This document shows positions 39,230 to 50,371 of a stretch of DNA of 64,000 nucleotides, piece after piece. A program made the translations under genes and the position numbers. Numbering within the stretch: position 1 is the stretch's first letter; each line of letters begins with the position of its first letter. Under the pieces are notes generated by a model. The model had not been told where the DNA came from. It worked only from the letters and a program-made list of their open reading frames with translations, and did no database searches. This stretch comes from Octopus bimaculoides (Eukaryota). The stretch is from positions 115,413,023-115,477,022 of the forward strand of contig NC_068983.1 in assembly GCF_001194135.2 (NCBI RefSeq), read 5' to 3'.

Positions 39230-41050
39230 ATAATATGGCAAGCTGTTTCCATGTAACTTCACATAATGTCGGCGGTCGGAATATGCTTATATTAACAATT
39301 AACATAATTTGATACAGATCAAAGGTACTTGTTAGAAAAGAGCAATATAAAAACAAAACCGAAACGGAATATATCGCCTTAATAAAAGTTGTAGAATGTT
39401 ATTTTTAAAAAAATCTTTAAGACAAATAATTAGCTGATGATAGGATTAACGGTCAGAGGTACTTAAGAGGGTATCTTAGAATCAACGAATTTGATTGACA
39501 AATGGGAAGAGGTACGATTGAAATAAATTCATGTTATAAACATTTTGGAGATGAAAGATATAGTTCTGATACATAAAAGAATATATTTCCTAACCTTAAA
39601 AATTTGTTTTCTTAACTATATTGACAATAAAACAATATGTAATCCATTTGTTCCGAACTTATGATGAAAGTGTAGAAGGAAACTGCTTTGTAGATTAATA
39701 TTAAACTGCAACTCGTGGCATAACGCTAGTTATTAAGCTAAAAGTTTATAACCTACAAAAAGAAACAGAAGCCTCTTATACAATTCGTTGAGTAATCACT
39801 CAGAAATCACAGTCGTTCAGCTATAGAATAATACATATAAAGCTATTATTTAAATCTTGTGTCGAAAAAGTAAAAAGAAACTTTTATGCATTATGATTAC
39901 GCATTATAGCTACGAGCTAGTTCAGTCTTAATATCTAAATGCTAGCTAATAGCTAACAGTTGATAACTAACGAAAATAAACAGAAACAAATTGTATTATT
40001 CTTTACAAAGTAATTGATGATGTCAGATATTTCGTGGAAATAAAAACAAATATCGCTACAATAAAGAAAACTGAAATATTTTTGGCAAAATAATTCATAC
40101 GAAAAACAAAACCATTTATAAAAATATATAGTAAACATATTTTAAAGAAAGCAGACCACCAAATCATTGCACTTCGATCTTAGAATTGTTAATATACATT
40201 TCGCTTGATAGACTAGTTAAAAGCCAACTATATTTAAAATAGTGAGGATAATGTTTGTAGTATTTAGTCTCGCTATAGTTTGATGATATCAAAAACAAAA
40301 TCAATAATTGATAAAAATATAGTAAAAAACGAACTTCTTAATTCTTAATGTGTGAAAGAAATTATTAATGATATTTAGTGGTTAAAGAAATAAGATTTTG
40401 TCGATCCACTAAGTAAGCATAGTATATTTCAGTTCTTTCTCATTAATTTACAATGAATCTGTGGAAGATCCATTGTTTTATATGTATTTAACTTATGAAA
40501 TATTGTCTTACTTGTTTATCTATAAATTCTAAGAGTGAAACTACCTTTAATAATTAGTTAATCAGTTGAAAAATCTTCAAGTCCATCGTAGAATAAATCA
40601 CCTACGTAAAAACAAGCAAATGAAGTATATTTTCTATAAACATTTAGAAATTTAAGAAAACGTAAAAACCGAAAACAAACCATTCTCTCAAGTACTTAGG
40701 TAACTAGTTTTAAAAAACCCATCTATTCTCAGCGAAGTATTGATCAGCTAAAAAACTGCAATATATATTATTTCATATTGAATGGGTAAGAATTAAAGAG
40801 CAGAATTAATCTTCAAGGCCGGTTACTGGTATGACTTACAGTTGAAGTTAAATGCAATAAAACAATATTAATTGATATCAGAGATATATTTCTTGTGGAG
40901 GAAGTCGTAAAATTTTCATATTAGGTTTGTATAAGAAGAAATATTTAAGAAGGGTCATATGTCCTACTTAAAGTAAGGGAAACTAAGGAATTTAGAATAA
41001 ATCAACAAATCAGAAGAGACCAAACTTAATATAAATGTGAATTTTGAACA
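39230..41050 (+). repeat. Paralogous AT-rich unit, copy 3
   Basis: Longest copy; aligns to copies 1, 2 and 4. Confidence 0.88.
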
Positions 41051-41066
41051 ATCTTATCGATAATCA

Positions 41067-41180
41067 GGCGTGGATGTGTAGTAGGAAGTTTACTTCCCAA
41101 CCACATGGTTCTGGGTTCAGTCCTACTGCGTGACCGACCAAACCCCTGTGAATGAATTTAGTAAACTGAAAGAAGCCCAT

Positions 41181-41211
<31 letters not shown>

Positions 41212-42615
41212 GTATCATTCGGAGAGACGTGAGGCCGTCAGCATTTGACACCTTATACTTTTCAGTTTTGTAAGTATATCATTCCCTTGCCAATGGCTCG
41301 CCAATTGACGTTAGAGCAGCCGTTGAAAAATTGCCACCCTGCAAGAAGTTTTTCAGTCCCCTACTGCAGTTCAGCGCAAGTTTGAGGTACATGGCTGTTA
41401 CACTGCTCCAATGCGTAGCACAATTTATGCTATCCATAACAAGTTTCTCGAAACGGGATCTGTTCTTGACAAGCCACGCAGCAGAAAGCCTGCTACTACC
41501 AACACTGATGAAAACACCGAACTCCTGGAGGAGGCGTTGGCGAAAAGCCAGAGGAAGTCCATCCGGGGTGGGGGGCTGCACTGGAACTTAGCATCAACAA
41601 AAGCTCGACCTCAGGTTGTTCAAAAGCTTCAAGAGGAAGATTATGATGCTCGTTTGGAAATGTGTGAATCACTCCTCCGCCATTACCAAAACGACTCTCA
41701 GCTTTTGGAAAACTTATGGTTCAGCGATGTGTCTATCTTTCATCTCTCTGGTCGAGTAAGCCGACACAATTGTCGAATTTGGGGAAAATCAAAGCCAACA
41801 GAAATTCTCGAACATGAACGATACTCTCTGAAGCTGGTAGTATGATGCTCCCTGGGCTGATTGGACCATTTTTCTTCCGTAATGCATCCGGTAACCCGAC
41901 CACCGTTACAGGGAAAAATTACCTGGTGATGCTGCAGTAGTTTACTGTGGCACAACTTCAGGTGAGGAGTGATCTTTCTAATGTCCTTTTTCAACAAAAC
42001 AGAATCCCTCCCCACTTTGCCAGGTTAACGAGAGATTTCTTGAACATCAAGTTTCCTGACCGATGGATCGGTCGAAGGGTCCTCTGGAATGGGTTCCGCT
42101 CTCCCTTGACCTCACACCTTGTGACTTTTTTTCTGTGAGGCTACATCAAAAACAAGATTTATGCTACTAAGCCTTGTGACCTGTTAGAGTTTGAAGAAAG
42201 AATCTGCAAGGCCTGCGGAGAAGCCAGGAAGTGATGCTGCCAAATGTCGGAGAGGCCTGCTTCCGAAGGTGGCTGAATGTTGTCAAAAATGGAGGCGCTC
42301 ATGTGGGGGTATACAGCTAGCCCTCAAAGCGGTGGAACGTGACGGTAAGTCTAACAAGTAAAACTCAGTTTCTTGTGGAATTTTTAGGAATTTATTAAGT
42401 GTATAGTGATTTTGAGGACTTACAAGTGTATAGTAACTTTTTGTATATTTGTGTGCATTTGTGTTTGTGTTTGTCCCTCCACCACCGCTTGTCACCCGGT
42501 GTTAATGTGTTTGCATTTCTGTAAATCAGTGGTTCGATAAAGAATCCGATAGAATAAGAACCAGGTTTTAAAAAACAAATACTGGAGTCGATTCATTCGA
42601 ATAAAATTCTTCAAG
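41067..42615 (+). mobile_element. SINE family A split by a Tc1/mariner insertion
   Basis: Head at 41067-41180 plus (TA)n; 3' half resumes at ~42450. Confidence 0.75.
41209..42445 (+). mobile_element. Decayed Tc1/mariner-superfamily element with DD41D-type spacing
   Basis: KFLETGSVLDKPRS, LWFSDVSIFHLSGRVSRHNCRIWG, QQNRIPPH..DLTPCDFFL. 41 residues separate the second and third catalytic positions after correcting one frameshift. Right TIR not identified. Confidence 0.85.
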
Positions 42616-42639
42616 AGAAATTACCTCTTTCGCCTCACT

Positions 42640-43100
42640 TCCACCCTCTGCCACTAATTGCATTGTAACCATACCCTGTACCTCCATCTACTTCGTCCCC
42701 AAAATTCGCAAACAAAACAACTCCAGCCACCTTCAGCGTATCTTGACGAAATACTATCACCACTTGTCGTCGCCCTAAACCTCTTCAACTCGTTCTTTTT
42801 CCGCCCGGGCGGTCCAAATGCATTTTCACCACAGACATTAAATAACTCTACACAGTTATATCCCACAATGACAGCCTGTCACCCTTTAACCACATACTGG
42901 ACGGTCGACTCTAACAAAAGTCCATCCCTTAGCCGAATTCGGCTTAATAACTTTCTTTTCTCTGGAGAATTTCAACAGAGTCGCTAGGGAAACAATCATA
43001 AATAGAGTTCACTTGCCTATGATACTCAAATACGTTGATCACAACAGTCATTCATCTTGCAGTTGGCCCAAACTATTTTTTTTCTGTTCCGGCCACTTTT
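42640..43100 (+). mobile_element. Penelope-like retroelement RT fragment
   Basis: PCTSIYFVPKIRKQN, SAYLDEILSPLV, FTTDIK*LYTVISHND, NNFLFSGEFQQ; frameshifted. Confidence 0.78.
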
Positions 43101-43296
43101 GTTGCTGCTAAACTCCCAGATCTGTGATGGTTGAACAGAACTATAGCAAAGGGTTTTCAAGCAAGGTCGTCTTATCGCTCTTTTTATCTAATTATTAGCT
43201 AACAAAAACTTGTGAAAATAATAATAGAAGTATATTTTATGTAATTCTTTACAATTATGTTGGAAAACAGTTTATAGCAGAGACTCCAGCAAATAA

Positions 43297-43332
43297 GATC
43301 TGAAGAAGGAATTGTAATTCCGAAATATCATC
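43297..43332 (+). ncRNA. Minimal type I hammerhead ribozyme motif
   Basis: gat-CUGAAGA-a-ggaau(ugua)auucc-GAAAU-AUC/-auc: intact core, perfect 5-bp stem II, 3-bp stem I. Confidence 0.62.
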
Positions 43333-43588
43333 GGACTATAGATAACCAAGTTACAACAGGTATATAGTCCATTTTTTTGTTCTATAGTGCATTGTTATAC
43401 CATTCTAAACTTTTTATTCTTTACAAACAATACACAATGCTTCAAGCGAACTACAATACTCTCTTAATTATGTTAGAGTTTCGTGGAAATAAACAGGGCA
43501 AATTGCTTAACTGAAATCGCTATAACAGAGTACAGATTTTGTTGATGTTTATTACATCAACTAAAGAAATTTGCTTAGACACGTTTAG

Positions 43589-43940
43589 TCTTTTACTCAT
43601 TTCAGTCATATGACTGCGGCCATGTTGGAGCACCGCCTTGAAGGGTTACCAATGAATTCTACCCTAGTATTCTCTTTGATACTTATTTATCGACCTCTTT
43701 TACTGAAACGCTAGATTACAGGGACATAAACAAACCCACACCAGTTGCCAAACAGTGAGGAGAATGCAAAGACAGGTACACATACACTTATGCATACGTC
43801 AGGCTTCCACACATTCTCTTTCTATCAAGTTCACTCACAAAACATTAGTCGCACAGGGTGCTTGCCCAAGGTGCCGGGCAGTGGGACTGAACCCGGAACT
43901 ACATAATTGCCAAGCGATCTTCTTATCCACCTTTCGTCTA
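43589..43940 (-). mobile_element. SINE family A copy
   Basis: tttcagtcatatgactgcggccatgttggagcaccgcc...; cttgcccaaggtgcc..gtgggactgaaccc. Confidence 0.88.
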
Positions 43941-45374
43941 CGCTCGTTTTAGTGAAAATGTTTTATGGAAAAGAGCTCACTGTTTCATTGCACATCGATA
44001 TTAGAAATTTTGAAATATTTATATATATATATATATATATATNNNNNNNNNNNNNNNNNNNNNNNNNNNNNNNNNNNNNNNNNNNNNNNNNNNNNNNNNN
44101 NNNNNNNNNNNNNNNNNNNNNNNNNNNNNNNNNNNNNNNNNNNNNNNNNNNNNNNNNNNNNNNNNNNNNNNNNNNNNNNNNNNNNNNNNNNNNNNNNNNN
44201 NNNNNNNNNNNNNNNNNNNNNNNNNNNNNNNNNNNNNNNNNNNNNNNNNNNNNNNNNNNNNNNNNNNNNNNNNNNNNNNNNNNNNNNNNNNNNNNNNNNN
44301 NNNNNNNNNNNNNNNNNNNNNNNNNNNNNNNNNNNNNNNNNNNNNNNNNNNNNNNNNNNNNNNNNNNNNNNNNNNNNNNNNNNNNNNNNNNNNNNNNNNN
44401 NNNNNNNNNNNNNNNNNNNNNNNNNNNNNNNNNNNNNNNNNNNNNNNNNNNNNNNNNNNNNNNNNNNNNNNNNNNNNNNNNNNNNNNNNNNNNNNNNNNN
44501 NNNNNNNNNNNNNNNNNNNNNNNNNNNNNNNNNNNNTGTGTGTGTGTGTGTGTATGCATGTAGATAGTTAGATAGGTAGATAGATAGATAGATAGATAGA
44601 TAGACAGACAGATAGATATCACTTACTTGAGAGAAAACAAAGTAAAAACAGACTATACTAGGAACAGGTAATATAGGATTTAGTGTATATAGAATTTAGT
44701 ACCAATATATTTTGACGATTTCGAAATCAAAATCAATAACTGAATATATTATAATCGAAACAAATTCCGTAAATTTTCTAAGTACACGAGATAAAAATTC
44801 TTAATGAGATTTGGAAGCCATAGAAGTAACATTAAGTTGATTCAATAAATAAGCATAGTATATTCAGAATGAGACAGTTGGGCGCGGTTTTTGGCGATCT
44901 GCGGACATGGAACCGGTGTTGGTGACAGTACCCTTTGGCACTGGAGGTAAACCCGCACAAAAACATGTACACCTGCCCAAAAATATACATATATCGATAG
45001 AAAGAGTGAAGGAGAAGAAGAGAGACACACAGAGAGATTTTACAATTCATTAATAGTAGCGTTAGTATCTGTTGTTGCTGTCTTTTATTGCAGTAAATCT
45101 TTGGTGACGTTCAGCAACGTTTTGCTTGAAAATTAAAAAAAATAGAAAACAATGCTTTGAACACGATAACTGAGCAAATGTCTGAATGCATTTATCCTAG
45201 CAGTTGAATAGCCGAGACACATTTGACATTCAAATGTCACAGAAGTGATAGATATGAATAATATATTATACAAGAGTTTTCATTTAAGCATAATAAATAT
45301 TCAAAGCTTGTTTGCTTGTATTTAATATTGCAGACATTTTATCTATCTATCAATCAAATAAATTTTTCTTTTTC

Positions 45375-45375
45375 T

Positions 45376-45415
<40 letters not shown>

Positions 45416-45416
45416 T

Positions 45417-45451
<35 letters not shown>

Positions 45452-45622
45452 GTCTTTCTCTCTCTGTCTTTCTCTCTCTCTCTCTGTCTTTCTCTCTCTG
45501 TCTTTCTCTCTCTCTCTTTCTTTCTCTCTCTCTCTCTGAGTTTTAGCTGCATTTGCATTATGAACAAATTACCTGTAATTGTGAATTTTCTGATTAGTAA
45601 CAAGGTTACCAATCTTTCTCCT

Positions 45623-45697
<75 letters not shown>

Positions 45698-45720
45698 TCT
45701 TTCTCACCCTCTCTTTCTGT
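45375..45720. repeat. (CT)n/(CTAT)n microsatellite tracts
   Basis: Directly visible. Confidence 0.95.
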
Positions 45721-45879
45721 TAGTTTTTATATACATATATTTAGATAGAAATTAAGAGAAGGAATAATTGCCATCCCTGTCTTTATACAGCATTCATTAT
45801 GAATTCAATTGCTCAATTACTTTTCTATGTCTTCGAAACGTCCATTTCTATACGAACCAATATTTTTCACCGTTCTTAC

Positions 45880-46295
45880 TTTATATTATTTGTAGGTCAT
45901 TCATCTGGCTCTTTACGTTCTGTTTTCAAATGCTATCGAGGTCAACTTTGCCTTCCATCTCTACGAAATCAATAAAATTAACTACCAACCAAGAACAGAG
46001 GCCGAAAGCCAACCCCTTTCCCCAAACCTTGTGGGCTTTGTACCCAAATTAGAAACCATTATCTGTAGATCGCAGAAGTGATTAATTGGGAGAATCGTTA
46101 CAGTGTTGGATAAAATGCCATACAGTATATATTACAGCACTTTGCATTCTGAGTTCAAACCCAATCATGATCAACTTTACTTTTAATCCTTCTTTGATCT
46201 AAGAGTAAGTACCAATCAAGCACTTGAAGTCGATGTAATCGACTAAACCTTCCTCCTGTCAAATTACCAACCTTGAGCATATGTTAGAAACAATT
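45880..46295 (+). mobile_element. Two degenerate SINE family B copies in tandem
   Basis: gaggtcaactttgccttccatc; gagttcaaac..gtcgatgtaatcgact. Confidence 0.7.
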
Positions 46296-46919
46296 ATCTG
46301 TAAACCACACTTTCTATAACATCCAGAAGCTGATCTTCGATCTCTTATTTCTGATTTAGTTCAGCAAACTGCTACTTCAAGATCAGCCCAAAGGGTGGAG
46401 TCTATACATATACATTTTTCTATCATATATATATATATATATATATATGTCTCTTAGTCTAAACTGTATATTACAATTGTAAACAATTCGTCTGGCAATA
46501 AGTGCATAGACATAAAAAGAGGGAAAGGTTGTTTGTACATTTCCAAACATTTTTGAGTCTTCGTCAGCAACTGTATAAAATCTTTAAAAGGTAGTACATT
46601 GAATCAAGCAAAACAATTACCAAACAAAAACAATGTTGATAGATGCACAGGCAAACAAATGACAAAAATGGGGAGAAAAGTGAAACATGATAGAGAACAT
46701 ATTTGATTACAACAACCACAACGATATGAATGCATGTACGGCTTCAAACAGATCTAGTAATAATCTTTTACAGACTTTCTTTTGGACAAAAAGCTAAATA
46801 TGGAGTTGTACTTGGGAATGGTCATATTGCCAGTTTAGCCAATAAAAACACACGCACTGTATATTTGGTGTTAATTTGCTCCAGCTTTATATTACATTAC
46901 ATTATATTAATCCTATTTC

Positions 46920-46962
46920 GGCCAGAGTTCTTTCGTCACACTTCTGTGACCTCATCAGTGGT
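46920..46962 (-). ncRNA. Minimal type I hammerhead ribozyme motif
   Basis: Minus strand acca-CUGAUGA-g-gucac(agaagu)gugac-GAAAG-aa-CUC/-ugg: intact core. Confidence 0.62.
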
Positions 46963-47434
46963 CCTTTGCTTTCTTCTTTCTTATGTGTATCCCACCTTGC
47001 TAACTATCAGCCATTTTGTATATAAATATGGAGCATTTTACTGAAAAGATTAAAACTTGACAGCATTTTGTTCACAAGACAGGCTCCGCCCTATCAGAAT
47101 TTATTGTAGAAGAACACAAGGCCACGAAAGTTGTCTTTGTTCTATTCAAGCTAAAGTTGAAGACAGCCTTGTCAGACACTTTAAATTGAATCTCCTTTAC
47201 TGGGAAAGAGAGGGCTTATGGTAATATACGAGTCAGTTTTAAAACAGAGAACGGAGTTAAAACGCAGCTCAGTCTAAATCGTACGTAACACATACTCATC
47301 AGTCTTCCTCACAGTATTTGGGAAGGAGGAGCACAAGGATCACCATAGGGAGATCGGTTGTAAGTACAAACGTACGCCAATATCTCGATTAACGAACTTA
47401 ATATGTTNNNNNNNNNNTATGCAAAGAAATGTTT

Positions 47435-47962
47435 TCTTATTTACATTATTTACAATTGACGGTTATTTGTTAACACAATGTTTCGGCTTCTCTTTACACT
47501 GTAAAGATGGTGGGAGTTGAAGTTGAGGTATCGTCCAGTGAAGGTCGGCTTGTAATATACGGATGTCCTGAATCCATACTTGGTGCGTGTTTTTAATACG
47601 TCCAAGAATGCTGATTGTCTTTTTCCTTTTCCATTGTGAACTGTATGGATGGCTTTATTGAGTTCATATGATCTAACATCACTTGGACATTTTCCTGGTG
47701 GGGCCACAGTATGAAGGTGTCATCAACATATCGCAGCCATAGGGTTGGTTTTAGTGGTATTGATCCTAAAGCCAAATTCTCAAAGTATTTCATGTGGGAA
47801 GAAGTTAAAATAATAGACAGAGAACACCACTGGAAAATACGAAAACTAAAAGAAGCAGCACATATGCTAGGACACAACAATCTCCTAAGCAGACCGAGTG
47901 CAGATATGAATAGCATATGGGAACCGGTATTAAGGAAGGATAGGAGCATATTAGATTTATAA
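47435..47962. mobile_element. Penelope-like element fragment with internal inversion
   Basis: Minus strand: LWLRYVDDTFILW, FLDVLK, VYYKPTFTGRYLNFNSHH (RT/thumb). Plus strand: WEEVKIIDREHHWKIRKLKEAAH (GIY-YIG C-terminus). Confidence 0.88.
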
Positions 47963-47991
47963 GCCCTAAAAGTCACTCCATAATTGCCTAC

Positions 47992-48245
47992 GGGTATATG
48001 GTGTAGTGGTTAAGAGCGCGGGCTATTAACCCCAAGATTCCGAGTTCAATCCCTGGCAGAGACCTGAATAATAATAATAATAATAATAACAGCAACATCG
48101 AAAAATACCTAAGGAATGAGAACCCAGGTTCGAAATTTCCCCGAGATACCTGATGAAGATTGGAGGGTATATCAGCCGAAACGTTGTGTTAACAACAAAC
48201 AAGATGAGGACAAATATCCGTCAATTGTAAATAATGTACATAATC
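47992..48245 (+). mobile_element. tRNA-headed element (family E) with (AAT)n and a Penelope-like hammerhead tail
   Basis: A-box tggtgtagtgg, B-box gagttcaatcc, (AAT)n, then cctgatgaag..cagccgaaacgttgtgtt. Confidence 0.75.
48145..48190 (+). ncRNA. Minimal type I hammerhead motif (stem II partly mutated)
   Basis: gauac-CUGAUGA-a-gauug..cagcc-GAAAC-GUU/-guguu. Confidence 0.55.
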
Positions 48246-49624
48246 CCTCGTCTCTTAAATATAGAACTGAAATGTTTTCTTATTTAAAATATAACGCCCA
48301 TCCCTATATAGAGAATGCCATGCATTTTTTAGTTTATGCAATAAGCAAATAGTACGATGCAGTAAAAAAATTGTTATATTGCTGGTTCTGTTAGATTTTT
48401 ATCTTTATAAAAAAAACGTGGTATCAATGGATGACTACTTTGATTTCTTACGAAATGCTGGTTTATCTTTATAACACTTCAATGCTATCATTATAGATCT
48501 TTAATATTCACGTTTTGTTTTAACTTTCATGCTTAAATTATTTTCTGAAAATCGCTTTAAAGCAAGAATTATTTCACTAAGACTTTTAGATAAGATCACA
48601 ACTCTAGAAACCAGTTGTAGAGGAAACTTTTTACTAGCTTTTTAAAGTCTTCGTTGCGAGAGTCTTGTTATCGGCATGCAATAACATCATGAATATCGTC
48701 TGCATCAATTTCCTTAAATCCTATTAACTGTGCCATTTGTATAAGTTTTTTTTTTTATTCAAGTTATGATGTAAGGCATTTTTAATATTCTCCACAAATG
48801 TATAATATTCTCATTATTTGCACAACGTGATTTAAAAAGATGATTCAAACGCTCGATTCATTGACGCCACAAACTCTGGAACACCGGTGTTTCGACATGT
48901 ATCTCGTCAATCAGAAATACTCTGAATTTGAGATTTGTTTATAAATTCAGGGAACAAAACTATTTCCGGATCAGTGCTTATATTTGCCAAACGATAAATC
49001 GTTATTTTCACTTTATACAGAAGTGTTGTTCTCCCGTTACGTATACAACAATAAGAGGCATATTTGTATTTCGACCTGCTGGAACGTATTATAAATATAT
49101 ATAAATGTAGTACTATAGAAATTTTTCATTAAATCTTTGACGAACTGAAGTTTATCGACAGTCGTTTTAAATCAAGTAAAGACTTCTAAGATAGTATGCC
49201 TTCAAGACAGAAATAACTCCTTGTTCATGTGGATCAAAGGGTTATTACATGGTCGGTAGCAGTAAAGTTGTGTTTGGTAGAATGAAAGTGTCTTCCATGG
49301 GTACTCACGTTTGGAGGGATGAGAGATTTCAAACATTGCCAAGAGCATTTTCGAAAAGCAGAAGTGCCTTCGGCTTGAAATTATTCTTTTCACTGAAGCG
49401 TTAGACAGCAAGACAGAAATGTTTTACGAACAATTCATATGCAAGCAACTCCTGTGTAATTTAAAATTTTATGTTAGGGTTTTTATATGGTAGGCAGAGA
49501 AGATTTGGTGACACTATACGTTGTTCTTGGAGTATCAGAATAACAGGCAATGGTACCTCACGGCGGTACAAAACACGAAAGCACGTAGTTCACAACCAAA
49601 CTTATTAACCAGACAGTTATTCTT

Positions 49625-49664
<40 letters not shown>

Positions 49665-50234
49665 NNNNNNNNNNNNNNNNNNNNNNNNNNNNNNNNNNNN
49701 NNNNNNNNNNNNNNNNNNNNNNNNNNNNNNNNNNNNNNNNNNNNNNNNNNNNNNNNNNNNNNNNNNNNNNNNNNNNNNNNNNNNNNNNNNNNNNNNNNNN
49801 NNNNNNNNNNNNNNNNNNNNNNNNNNNNNNNNNNNNNNNNNNNNNNNNNNNNNNNNNNNNNNNNNNNNNNNNNNNNNNNNNNNNNNNNNNNNNNNNNNNN
49901 NNNNNNNNNNNNNNNNNNNNNNNNNNNNNNNNNNNNNNNNNNNNNNNNNNNNNNNNNNNNNNNNNNNNNNNNNNNNNNNNNNNNNNNNNNNNNNNNNNNN
50001 NNNNNNNNNNNNNNNNNNNNNNNNNNNNNNNNNNNNNNNNNNNNNNNNNNNNNNNNNNNNNNNNNNNNNNNNNNNNNNNNNNNNNNNNNNNNNNNNNNNN
50101 NNNNNNNNNNNNNNNNNNNNNNNNNNNNNNNNNNNNNNNNNNNNNNNNNNNNNNNNNNNNNNNNNNNNNNNNNNNNNNNNNNNNNNNNNNNNNNNNNNNN
50201 NNNNNNNNNNNNNNNNNNNNNNNNNNNNNNNNNT

Positions 50235-50270
<36 letters not shown>

Positions 50271-50371
50271 TGCGTATAAATATTTGTATGTATATGTATA
50301 TCTATATATATATATATTTTAAAGATTAGTAGAAGAGACAGAGTATAACACAAACCATTTATTAGCACAAC

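Larger units (their letters stand above)
43200..44870 (+). repeat. Paralogous AT-rich unit, copy 4 (fragmented by insertions and a gap)
   Basis: tttcgtggaaataaac..gcaaattgc, cttacttgagagaaa..caaaatcaataact and taagcatagtatattcag are shared with copies 1 and 3. Confidence 0.62.
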
